NCBI GenBank assembly: GCA_002269645.1
Contig: NIVC01000080.1
Location: forward strand, 273,427 to 337,426
Direction of reading: 5' to 3'
From: Macrostomum lignano
Taxonomy: Eukaryota
DNA: 64,000 nucleotides
Each line of letters begins with the position of its first letter. Position 1 is the first letter of the stretch. Made by a program: the position numbers and the translations under genes. Under the pieces are notes generated by a model. That model did not search any database and was not told where the DNA came from. It was given only the letters and a program-made list of their open reading frames with translations. This document shows positions 1 through 11,332 of this stretch, piece by piece.

Positions 1-1100
1 GCTTCTATGATTGTTTACATGACACTTCTATGATTGTTTCTATGGCGCTTCTATGCTTTTTACATGACGCTTCTATGATTTTTTACATGACGCTTCTATG
101 ATTTTTTACATGACGCTTCTATGATTGTTTACATGACGCTTCTATGATTGTTTCTATGGCGCTTCTATGCTTTTCACATGACGCTTCTATGATTGTTTCT
201 ATGGCGCTTCTATGCTTTTTACATGACGCTTCTATGATTTTTTACATGATGCTTCTATGATTGTTTACATGACGCTTCTATGATTGTTTACATGACGCTT
301 CTATGATTGTTTCTATGGCGCTTCTATGCTTTTTACATGACGCTTCTATGATTTTTTACATGACGCTTCTATGCTTTTTACATGACGCTTCTATGATTAT
401 TCACATGACGCTTCTATGATGTTTATATGACGCTTCTATGATTTTTACATGACGCTTCTATGATTATTTACATGACGCTTCTATGATATTTATATGGCGC
501 TTCTATGCTTTTTACATGACGCTTTTATGATTGTTTACATGACGCTTCTATGATTTTTTAAAAATGATGCTTCTATGATTATTTACATGACGCTTCTATG
601 ATTGTTTACATGACGCTTCTATGATTGTTTACATGACGCTTCTATGATTTTTTCATGACGCTTCTATGATTTTTTCTTGACACTTTCATGATTGTTTACA
701 TGACGCTTTTATGATTGTTTACATGACGCTTCTATGATTGTTTACATGACGCTTCTATGATTGTTTACATGACGCTTCTATGATTGTTTCTATGGCGCTT
801 CTATGCTTTTTACATGACGCTTCTATGATTATTTACATGACGCTTCTATGATTGTTTACATGACGCTTCTATGATTGTCTACATGACGCTTCTATGATTG
901 TTTACATGACGCTTCTATGATTGTTTACATGACGCTTCTATGATTGTTTACATGACGCTTCTATGATTGTTTATATGACGCTTCTATGATTGTTTACATG
1001 ACGCTTCTATGATTGTTTACATGACGCTTCTATGATTTTTTAAAAATGACGCTTCTATGATTGTTTACATGACGCTTCTATGATTTTTACAGGACGCTTC
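1..1100. repeat. 23-bp tandem satellite (ATGACGCTTCTATGATTGTTTAC), roughly 47 copies, cut off by the window start
   Basis: The unit can be read directly, with recurring variants such as ...TTTCTATGGCGC... and ...GCTTTTTAC. Confidence 0.97.
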
Positions 1101-2172
1101 TTTTTAAAAAGTCTTTTAGTTTTCCTGACGTTGAAAAGCTTTAATTAAAAAAATTATACTCTATGAAAATTCGAACCATCGTCGCTGCATTTAGCAGTTC
1201 AGTTTGTTCACCTCTAGGCTAGCTCTCATCGTTTTGATAACATCAAATTTTGCACTTATATAATTCAACACTTTAAAATCCAAGCATAGAGTAAATCACA
1301 CGAAGCAGTTATGACATAATCAGTTTCTCAGTCAGTCAGTATCAGTTAACAATATGGTTACGCAATTTAAATCAAGTCTGGTGCTACGCTTCCACACTGC
1401 ATTTTCAATTCAAGTCGGAGTTACAATTCAGTGATGATGCAATCTATTTCAGAATCAGAATTCAACCAGTCAGTTTTTTCTCTAGCATTCTTACAATGCA
1501 TTTCAAGTCGAAAGAGCTGCTTGACCTTTGCAAAAAAGCATGTTTTTCGAATATTTAATGCCTTTAGCATCGAGCAATTTCATAGCCACGAGGCATGTAC
1601 AGTCACGGGAAAATTTTTGATCGAACAGTGCAAGTTCGAACAAAATCGGTCTAGCCATTTTTTTTCTAATCGATCACATAGATAGATAGACACAGACAGA
1701 CCATTTTTAGTATATAGGATTAACATGCCAATGAACTATGAAAGGCTAATGCAAAGAAAATTCTGGCATATAGGCCTAAGACATCTTGACTACAGACAAA
1801 ATAAAAAAATCTTGGCAATTGTTATTATTATGGGAACCATATAATATAATAGCAAAATAGTTATTTTTACAATGAATATATAAAACGGATATGCTTTTAT
1901 AAGATTGTAACTGTATAAATAGCAAAGCTGTTATTTTTATGGTCACTATATATAAGAAGCAGAATGGTTATTTTTATTGTCATATGAAGAAATTTCGGGT
2001 ACATTAATAGTTAACAATTATGTTAAGCAAGCTTAGCTAATGTTAATGATAAGAACTACTATAAATTACCATTGTATTAACATAATCAAAGCATATAATT
2101 CTTCTAAAATTAAAAAACCAATTGAAATTTGCACTATATATTAATTACTAAATCTAGATTATATTTATTTTA

Positions 2173-2712
2173 GAAGTGCTTATCCCCACAGTCCTGTGCT
2201 GATAATTCCAATTTTATTCACATGGATCCATGTTGATAATTTCTAGCTTAATTTCCATGGTAGTTTATTGAAATAGAGAACCTTAAAATGAATCTGTTCA
2301 AAACTATTTGTTTTCTTTGTTTCACAAATCTTCCAAGTAAATTACTGAATAATGAATAGTATTGAATACTTTGTTAAAACTTTTTTGTTGTTAAAAAAGA
2401 TTAATTTTAAATATTCGCTTAGTTGCCACCTGACACATTTGCTTAGAATGACCAAATGAACCCTAAGATTGAGGCAAATGAGACTTGCAAAATTCAAAAT
2501 TTGCAATGTAATAATAATGAGTAATAATAATGTCAGTATTATGGATCCTTATGTCAATATCCTCATGTCAATATCAATTTAATATCAATACACAAAAATA
2601 AATACAAATAACTGCACAATCTTAGCTGTGGGGATAAGCTAAAAATTATTGACACGGATCCATGTGGATAAAATTGGAATTATTGACATAGGACCATGGG
2701 GATAAGCACTTC
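2173..2712. mobile_element. Old MITE-like element with ~70-bp imperfect terminal inverted repeats
   Basis: GAAGTGCTTATCCCCACAGTCC...GATAATTT from 2173 is the reverse complement, mostly differing by transitions, of AAATTATTGACACGG...GGGGATAAGCACTTC ending at 2712. No clear TSD. Confidence 0.75.
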
Positions 2713-4275
2713 CATTTGTTTATGTATTGACTATAAAAAATTGTTTCACTATTTATTTATACAGTCATTATTACAATAATAACTGCCAAAAATCTTACTA
2801 GAGTTTCTAACTTGACTTAGATTATGTTAATCTTAGTTCCTATATTAATTTCTATTTCAAAGACATTGGCTTCAATAGGCCTAGCAGATTTAGAGGGGGG
2901 GGGGCAGAAAAGGCATGCAAATACACAATTCTTTGAGTTTGCTTTCTAGTATTTTATATAAAAAATAATAAAATGCAAAGATATCTTAGTAATTTGCACC
3001 CCTATTTAAAATGTTCTAGATCTGCACTCAATAGTGATACTGTGATACTGTCCACTGATAGGCCTAGGCCAATTTTTTTCTAACCAGCTTAGCAGACTAC
3101 TAGCAGGCCTAGACAAAAACTTTTTAAACTAAAGAATTTATATACACTTCCACTCAGCCTATGTCCAAGTCAGACCTAAATTTTAAAGACAGAATTTACA
3201 TGCTATAAATAAAGATATCTAGGCAAAGCCAAAGGCCAGTGGGCAGTGGCCAGACAGAGCATCAGCGTGGCCATGAGCTCGCTTAACTTAAGCCAAGGTA
3301 GTAGCCTCGGTAGGTAGTATTGGAAATGAATTTAAGAATTGTGTTCAATCAAAACAAACAAGCAACAATATGAACAAAAAGCAATTATTTAACTTTACAG
3401 ACATACAGCAAAGCAAAATGTCAGACCACCCATAAAACTGCAGATCGGGAAATTGATGAAAAGTATGAGAATGACAGACAAAACAATTTGAAAGTTTAAT
3501 TGTTTTAACAAAACTTCGCGTCAGAAAAAGTACTTGTCTTTTAAAACGTAGTATAAAGTATCTTCAAAAAATGTATTATTTTGCTTTTTATATATTCCGT
3601 ACACATTAAAATTTAAGCAAACCCCTAGAGCTCGTATTATTGAGTAACTGTAGCGTATCTTCCCCTTTTTGGAAGCATTTTAATTTGTTAGGCATTAAAT
3701 TTAACAAAGATCGAGACCTGGTTTTTTCCCTCGAAATTTTAAGCCTCATATTTTCAAAGGAGTTTACTCTCCCCTGTTCCAAAAGTCCTAGTTACGCTAC
3801 AAATTGAATTTTATTTCGATGTGATGTTTTTTCTATTGTAGGCTTACATTACGTAATGGTAAAACCTAGTTTCTGACTGCAGTCCAGTAGATCTTGTTTT
3901 ACGAAAAATGATACCATCGGTTGGGTACTTGATTCGACTTGATTAAGTCATATTACACATTATTATACAAGATTACACGTAGTAGGAACTAAAGTAGGAA
4001 CTAAAGTGCTTTAGTAGGAACTAAACCACGTTCTTTTTAGTTCCTACATGTAAACCTTGGAATCTTTGATAGTGCGAGACAATACATGTACATGCAGCTT
4101 ATATCCTGAATAGTTGATGCTGAACCACAACCAGTAAGTAATATACGTATGTCTGATAGCAAGTAAGAATGCAAACGAGAAACGAAACTATAATTTCGAA
4201 ATTACTTTTCGAAGACAATCCCGGTTTTAATAAGATCATTCTTCAACACCTTGGAGGAAAATACGTGGTCTATAA

Positions 4276-4890
4276 TATACTTTTTTGCGATTGAATTCGT
4301 CCAAACTGCAAAACCTTTCGTCCACAAATGCTTTCTTAATGGGAGCTAAATTTAGATTATACCATAGATAACTGTTTTCACGCAAAACGGTTCATCCAGT
4401 TTGTAAAACACTTTTACATGTTTTTACATGACCGAGTGTACTGTTCCTACCATAGTTAACACCCAATTGACAGTTCGCTTTTGCTACCACTACAGCTACA
4501 GCAACGCATATCTGCATGCCTGGCGGATGCACATTTTGATGAGAGAGGTCGAAGCTGCACTGCACGTGATTACACAGAAGTGCCAGCAATGGACCAATCA
4601 CACTGTGGGTTACTACGGCCGCTGTTTGGACTACGAAGACATTTTGAACTAACAGTCTAACAAGAGACTGTTTTTGCTTTGTTGAATATCTCGTGATATC
4701 AAATAAAGTCGCTCCGTTTAGCTGTTAGCTGTTTGGTCGAAGGGTTTAGATGAAATGTTTTACAAACTGGATGAACCGTTTTGCGTGAACACAGTTGTCT
4801 ATGGTATAATCTAAATTTAGCTCCCATTAAGAAAGCGTTAGTGGACGAAAGGTTTTGCAGTTTGGACGAATTCAATCGCAAAAAAGTATA
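4276..4890. mobile_element. MITE with 135-bp near-perfect TIRs and TA ends
   Basis: 4276-4410 (TATACTTTTTTGCGATTGAATTCG...GTAAAACA) is the reverse complement of 4756-4890 with few mismatches. The ends read TA...TA, compatible with a Tc1/mariner-type TA TSD. Confidence 0.9.
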
Positions 4891-5927
4891 ATCGCAGTTA
4901 GTATTTTTCTCGAATAAATCACCACTTTAGCCTAACGCCAGGGTGCCATATCAGATACGAGTATGTGATCTCCCTCATTAAAGAAATTCACTATCAGAAA
5001 TACAATACAAAAATTAAAACAAAAAATTGGACAACTGATTAGGGGCCGAAAACGGCTATTATGGTTAGCAAGTCTTGTATAATTAAATATATGCAGGTTA
5101 TATTAGAACATTAATTAACGGAAGTCTGCCGAGAGTAGACAGTCAAACAAATACGCCGAAAAATAACTTACAGAGCAGATTAAAAGATATACACAGAAAA
5201 CAGTAAGAAAATTGCTGCTCACAACTGGTGTCATACGAAAAGACACAAGTGAACGCAAAATGCCAATATTTTTTACTTCATGACACAGAGTCAATGACAG
5301 ACTGCGCTCAAAGCATCATCATATTACTACAGTAGAGCGTAGAGTAAATTACATTTATTTTATTTAAACTTTCACGCCGCTGATTATTAAATTTTAAACG
5401 CAAGACCAGAAAGTTGACATGATATGCAAGCAACAGCAGACTAACAAATATTAATAGGGAATACTAGCAAGGTAAATGCTTTTTGCTGATACTAAAAGTG
5501 AGTAAATGAAAATACTAGCATAAATTTCGACCCGAATAAAATACAAAATACAGGTTTTAAATAAGAGACCTATGATTGCATTTCAAGTAGAAAAGAATGA
5601 ATTTTGAGTTTATTTAAGAGTTATAGAAACGCTACTAAACTAGACATGTCAAACAACAGGAACAGTTTAATGGATTTGCCAAAACGCAAATGCGATAGTT
5701 CAGTAAGTAGAGAAAATATGGATACAGGTAGCTGACTATACACGCGATAAGCATTACAAAAATAATATAAATAATTTAGGTGATTAATACTTGAGTTGGC
5801 CAACAAAAACAGTGAAAATTGAGCTGCAAGTCAAGAGGATCCTGATAGCCAATACTGGCTTTCTTATCAAACTGTGAAAACCACCAGCCTTGTTACCAAT
5901 TTGGCTCTTCGAACCAAAGGTGATTCC

Positions 5928-6230
5928 ACCTGTCCAAGGCAGATCAAAGAGACCTGTCAAAGGCAGATCAAAGAGACCTGTCAAAGGCAGATCAAAGAGA
6001 CCTGTCAAAGGCAGATCAAAGAGACCTGTCAAAGGCAGATCAAAGAGACCTGTCAAAGGCAGATCAAAGAGACCTGTCAAAGGCAGATCAGAGAGACCTG
6101 TCAAAGGCAGATCAAAGAGACCTGTCAAAGGCAGATCAAAGAGACCTGTCAAAGGCAGATCAAAGAGACCTGTCAAAGGCAGATCAAAGAGACCTGTCCA
6201 AGACAGATCAGAGACCTATCAAATAGATCA
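5928..6230. repeat. 24-bp minisatellite (ACCTGTCAAAGGCAGATCAAAGAG), about 12 copies, probably in the RFX 3' UTR
   Basis: The unit can be read directly. It begins about 125 nt past the RFX stop codon on the minus strand and explains ORFs 5784..6176, 5874..6302 and 5890..6240. Confidence 0.95.
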
Positions 6231-6355
6231 GGTTGCATAAGAAATGGCTACACAATATTTCTTTATAAATGTACAGGCATATTATTGCTGTCACTAATTT
6301 AAAAAAGCAAATTACGCCAAACAAACCAGGAGCACAGAAAAGAAACTCCGGGCAA

Positions 6356-9300
6356 TCACCGGAGAAGCAGCAACTGCTGTCCCTGCTGCTGCGGTGAAGA
6401 AGACGAAGACACAGTGGACCGTCTAGCTGGACTATCGTCAACTCCGGCAGAGCCTCCAGAGGCGGCAGCAGCTGGCATTGGGGACCGGCGGTTGGGCAGC
6501 GGACGGGCCAGGCTGCTAGGCAGGGGACTGGTGCCGATCCTGGGCAGAGCCGGCAGGTACTGCTCAGGCGATACGGGCGGAAACTGCGGACTAGGAGATC
6601 GGCGATCGAAAGCGGGCGGTAGCGAGATTGGCTCGGCTGTTCCCATGCCATAAGACTGAGAGGCCAATTGCTGGCTTTGCTGCTGCTGCTGCGACTGGGG
6701 CGGAGGCGGCGGCCCGGACGGATGGGGCGAAACGGCCGCAGGAGGGCCCCAATGCGGTGCTGGACTGCAGCCTCCGCGATGCGAAGACATTGGCGACATC
6801 AGCGGAATGCAATGCTGATCTGTTGAGCTCACCTCCTGAGAAATTTGGGTTTTCACGAAAAAATTAAACAAATGACATGGCACGTTGCCGTTAAGTGTAG
6901 ATTGGGTACGCCAGGAGACAAGCTGGGGCCACCAGAATAAATGGTATAAATCCGTGGAGTGCCCTTGTGGGGCTGGGTGTCCCAACTGCGATGCCCTTTA
7001 TTATTTGCACGACTCCGTTAATCCCGCGGTCACATCGAAGCGCAGGTGCAAAACTACCCAGCAAGCGGAGCAGAAAACGAATCTAAACTGTGTGCCAACA
7101 CTTGAAACTTGATTACACCCTCGTGATCCAGATGAGAGTCAGTCACCCAAGCGCTGAACACATCTCCTAGGCCCAGGGTTCCAAAATTCCAAGTGGGTCA
7201 CATTGGCAGGCAGGCCCGATGAAAACGATAACTAGGCCAAGAAGCCTTCGAGTCTAGAGTAGTAACTTGTCGTCCCGGAGTCGTTGCATGTAGCACAGGT
7301 AAAATTTAACTCTGGGGCCGTAGAGTCGTAACTGATTCGCTGTAGAATCACTGAGTTGCGTCACTGAGCTTGTACAAAGTTAAGCGCTAACACAACGACT
7401 CTTGGACGACCCTTTCGCGACTTTTACGATTCTGCAGCTCACGTGATGCGCTTGTGATTTAACAGTATCGCATTACAGTCGTTTGAGTATTTAAAGAGTC
7501 ACAAGAATCGCGCCCAGAGTTGTTTGCAATGACTCTTAGCGATAATTTTCACGGTTGCATTTTCAACGGGAGGGTGCCAATTTCTGGGGCTCATGCCTTT
7601 TAGGTGGTTCACTATCAATCTAGTGCGGCCCCCCTTCAGCTCAAGCGGCTTAAAAACGCGGTCATTTAATTGCATGATTTGCATTAACATAAAATAACTA
7701 AAGCACACGGCCCACAGTAGTTTCGGTTTCAGTAATTCTCGTTGTCTGTGATCTTTCGTGTGTAAACTGAAAACAACTAGACAGAGAGAAATCTGTGTAA
7801 GCGGAAAGATTTCGGGCAGGCAGATGAACTGAAGAGACATCAGAAATCTTTGTCAAAAATAAACAAAGTAAAATATGAATAAATAACTGACCTGTTCCAA
7901 TAACTGGGCATTCAATGGAACACCCAGTGGTTGAAATCGGCGCTCGGAGCAGACCTTCTTGCCCGGGCTGGGGTTCAACGAGGTGCTGGACTTTTTAGAT
8001 GCCGTAGTTGTTGATGACGGAGACGGCACGATATTGGAAACTGGAGCAGCCGATGTCGCAGAAGATGAAGAACCAACAGCTGAATGATGATGACTCGAAC
8101 GGTGATGCTGCTGCTGCTGTGGATGATGGTATAGCATAGGCGGAGGAGGAGGCTGAGCCTGCTGCTGCTGATGCTGCGGTAGAGGACTGCGAAAATTCTT
8201 CTTAGTAATCTGATGAGGCAGCGGCATCAGATGCGGCCTAGATGGCGGCACTCCAGAGGCGGCAGATGATGAAGCTACTGAAGCTGGACTGGCAGCAAAG
8301 CCAATGCCGCTACTGTCCAGAGGGCCACCGCCAGACGAATTCAAGCTGTCCGGACTCCAGCAGGTTCCGGCCAGCGACATTGAGTGGCCAACACTGGCTC
8401 GTCCAGCAGCTGTTGCAGTTGTGGATGTTGATGCCATCGAAGTTCCAGTTCCTTCAACCTTGACGCTGTCGTTAGAGGTGGCAGCAGCGGCCGCAGCGGC
8501 AGCAGCCGCGGCAGCTCTCAGCCCAATCAGATGCGAAACAGACAAGCGCTGCTGACTGCGGGACTGCAGACTAGAGAACAGAGTCATTGCAGCAGGAGAG
8601 CGCGAGTTCACGTACATATTCGTGACCAGGTGTTCAGCCAATTGGCGCAAATTGTAAAACTGGCAGCCCATGATTTTCTGCGCCCATTCCAGTATGATTT
8701 CGCTGTAGATTGAGTCTTCGCTTGAGCCACTGCCGCCTCCTCCACTGCCGCTAATCGCACCGGAGCTGCTGAGATTGCCTGCATCATAAAAAGTATTAAG
8801 CAAGCAAAGTTAAATAATAGCCGTAGATCTAGCTTATCGTCAAAGTCCCTGCGTTCGATTCCCAACATAATAAAGCCCCATCCTAGAGAATTACCCTAGG
8901 GATTTTTTTCATTGAGTACAGTCCCAACCTGGACCACAGACAACTGCGACGATTATTCTTTCTAAGGCTTCAGAACCGCAAATTAGCAAGTAGCAAACTA
9001 CTCGTATACTTTTTGCCTATTGCATCTGAAGGCTGCGTACGGTTGTCAAGTCCAAGGACTAGGGAGGGGGGGTAGCCACATACACCGTTAATTACCCCAG
9101 CTAAAGCTGGCACCCATTTTACAGCTGGATGAACTGAAGTGTCACACTCGGGGACACAAATTGTTCCGAGTGGGTGGAGACTCGAACCCCCGACCTTTCA
9201 GTCGTGAGCCCGACCATGGACTTCTATACTTAGCATCTATAGAATGCTAAGTATAGAAGTCCATGGCCCGACGCTCTAACTACTAGGCTATAACCCCAGC

Positions 9301-11332
9301 AGAGTTCAAATTCACCATAGACTAAGAACTAAAATCACCATATTCAATATCACAATATTTAATTTCACAAACATCAAGCTCCAAACCAGCAGTCAGGTAT
9401 GCATTCACTGTCCTCTCTTAGACAGCCAGACAGAGCAGTCAGGACTGAATGCTATAAGCTTACCAGTATTAGAGGCAGCATTCGCATTGGCACAGTCCAG
9501 TTCAGCCAGTGTCAAATCCGGCATAATCGGATGCGGCAGGTCAGTTTTCTTGCGCAGACCTCCGTAGCAATATTTCGATTGACCACGCTGGCCTAAGCGG
9601 CGCGGTTTGACATTGGGGAAAGCGCGCTTCATTACTTTGCCAAAGTCGGCAGTGTTCAGAGCTTTCTGACCGTGGCTGTCGCAGTAGCACCTGTTATCAG
9701 TTCATAGGAGAGCATTTTGTCAGCAGTGAAAACGCACTTTAGAGCGAGCATCACGAATGCTAACAAGTGACCAAATGATTGAGAAACTCACCGATAGTCA
9801 CTATAAACCTCATCTTTGCGCAAGCATATACTAGCATCCTCTTCTAGATGCGACTGAATCCACGTGAAAGCCTGCGACTGCTCCAGCTGGTTGCTAAGCT
9901 GCAGGGCGCCTCCGCTGACTTGCACAGCCGCGGCATCGGCGTTATTTGCTGCAAAGCCATTCGGCAGTTGCAGGTACAGCAGCAGTCGCTCCAGATCGCT
10001 CATGCGCTCAACTATTGCCTGAACCTGGGGACGAATTGATTAATAATGCAATTAAACAGATTTAATCTCAACAGGGATCCAGACGAAATTGCACAATTGT
10101 CCAATAGCATGGCGCTAACGCCAGTTCACATCTAAAACCATTTTTTCGACAATGAGAAATTTCGACCTTGTGAGGTTTAGGGCCTAAAGTTATGAGCTTG
10201 TGAGGTTTAGAGCTTGAGGTTTAGAGCTTGCGACGAGGTTTTGAGCTTGTGAGGTTCGAGATTGAGTTTTTGAGCTTGTGAGGTTCGAGATTGAGGTTTT
10301 GAGCTTGTGAGGTTCGAGATTGAATTTTTGAGCTTGTGAGGTTCGAGATTGAGGTTTTGAGCTTGTGAGGTTCGAGATTGAGTTTTTGAGCTTGTGAGGT
10401 TCCAGATTGAGTTTTTGAGCTTATGAGGTTCCAGATTGAGGTTTTGAGCTTGTGAGGTTCCAGATTGAGTTTTTGAGCTTATGAGGTTCCAGATTGAGGT
10501 TTTGAGCTTGTGAGGTTCGAGATTGAGGTTTTGAGCTTGTGAGGTTCGAGATTGAATTTTTGAGCTTGTGAGGTTCGAGATTGAGGTTTCGAGCTTGATG
10601 AGGTTCGAGATTGAATTTTTGAGCTTGTGAGGTTCGAGATTGAGGTTTTGAGCTTGTGAGGTTCGAGATTGAATTTTTGAGCTTGTGAGGTTCGAGATTG
10701 AGGTTTTGAGCTTATGAGGTTCCAGATTGAGTTTTTGAGCTTATGAGGTTCCAGATTGAGGTTTTGAGCTTATGAGGTTCCAGATTGAGGTTTTGAGCTT
10801 GTGAGGTTCGAGATTGAATTTTTGAGCTTGTGAGGTTCGAGATTGAGGTTTTGAGCTTGTGAGGTTCGAGATTGAATTTTTGAGCTTGTGAGGTTCGAGA
10901 TTGAGGTTTTGAGCTTATGAGGTTCCAGATTGATGGGGTTTCGAGCTTGTGAGGTTCGAGATTGAGGTTTTGAGCTTATGAGGTTCCAGATTGATGAGGT
11001 TTCGAGCTTGTGAGGTTCGAGATTGAGGTTTTGAGCTTGTGAGGTTTGAGATTGAGGTTTTGAGCTTGATGAGGTTCGAGATTGGGGTTTTGAGCTTGTG
11101 AGGTTTCGAGCTTGCAAAAGCGAACAAATTTATAGAACAAAACATAATATATATTATTGACAGATCACAATCGATGTACCTGAGAAATTCTAGACTTTCC
11201 ATCGCTAGTGACTTCCGACTGCAAATCGTCAACCAGAGTGTCGAATATGCTGCCACAAGTCCCTCCGCCTCCGTCGCTGCTGACTCCGCCACTAACAGCT
11301 GGTGTGGCTTGGTCAGGTAACGAAGCGGACAT
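6356..11332 (-). CDS. RFX7: RFX5/RFX7-class winged-helix transcription factor, 5 coding exons, ~659 aa (11332-11180, 10024-9792, 9690-9464, 8778-7892, 6835-6356)
   Basis: All junctions are GT-AG and in phase, and the total of 1980 nt is divisible by 3. Motifs: VERMSDLERLLLYLQLP (RFX5/7 N-terminal motif); DNA-binding domain AFTWIQSHLEE...KDEVYSDYRCYC...ADFGKVMKRAFPNVKPRRLGQRGQSKYCYGGLRKK; downstream EWAQKIMGCQF...LAEHLV as in RFX7. The C-terminus is low-complexity S/A/Q/P. Confidence 0.9.
7235..7502 (-). repeat. Interspersed CGACTC/GAGTCG-rich repeat family, copy 1 (RFX intron 4)
   Basis: Its reverse complement aligns by eye with 45330-45830 and 50275-50550 (GACTCTTTAA..ACTCAAACGACTGTAATGC...GCAGAATTGTAAAAGT). 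Confidence 0.8.
9021..9297 (-). mobile_element. tRNA-derived SINE family A with a CORE-like body (RFX intron 3), carrying a 51-bp palindromic insertion
   Basis: A-box-like TAGCCTAGTAGT and B-box GGTTCGAGTC are present. The body ...CAGCTGTAAAATGGGT...GTCCTTGGACT matches the copies at 41725, 51614 and 55480. Confidence 0.85.
9215..9265. mobile_element. 51-bp perfect hairpin mini-element with a flanking direct repeat
   Basis: CATGGACTTCTATACTTAGCAT-ctataga-ATGCTAAGTATAGAAGTCCATG forms 22-bp perfect arms. GCCCGAC is duplicated at 9208-9214 and 9266-9272. Confidence 0.85.
10190..11115. repeat. 29-bp tandem satellite (GAGCTTGTGAGGTTCGAGATTGAGGTTTT), about 32 copies, filling RFX intron 1
   Basis: The period of 29 is read directly (TGAGCTTGTG at 10271 and 10300). 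It explains ORF 10770..11117 and the tail of ORF 10915..11292. Confidence 0.96.

Noticed and set aside
1-1100. Regular repeats as a CRISPR array
   Set aside because: The units are head-to-tail with no unique spacers, there are no cas genes, and the context is eukaryotic. The same applies to the other arrays.
5784-6302. Three overlapping repeat-protein ORFs (CQRQIKET, RSKRPVKG, LFDLPLTG)
   Set aside because: They are produced by a 24-bp repeat whose length is divisible by 3. There is no splice or homology support.
10915-11292. ORF MAESAATEAEG as the RFX first exon
   Set aside because: It is in the wrong frame. The ATG at 11332 in another frame gives the phase-correct exon.
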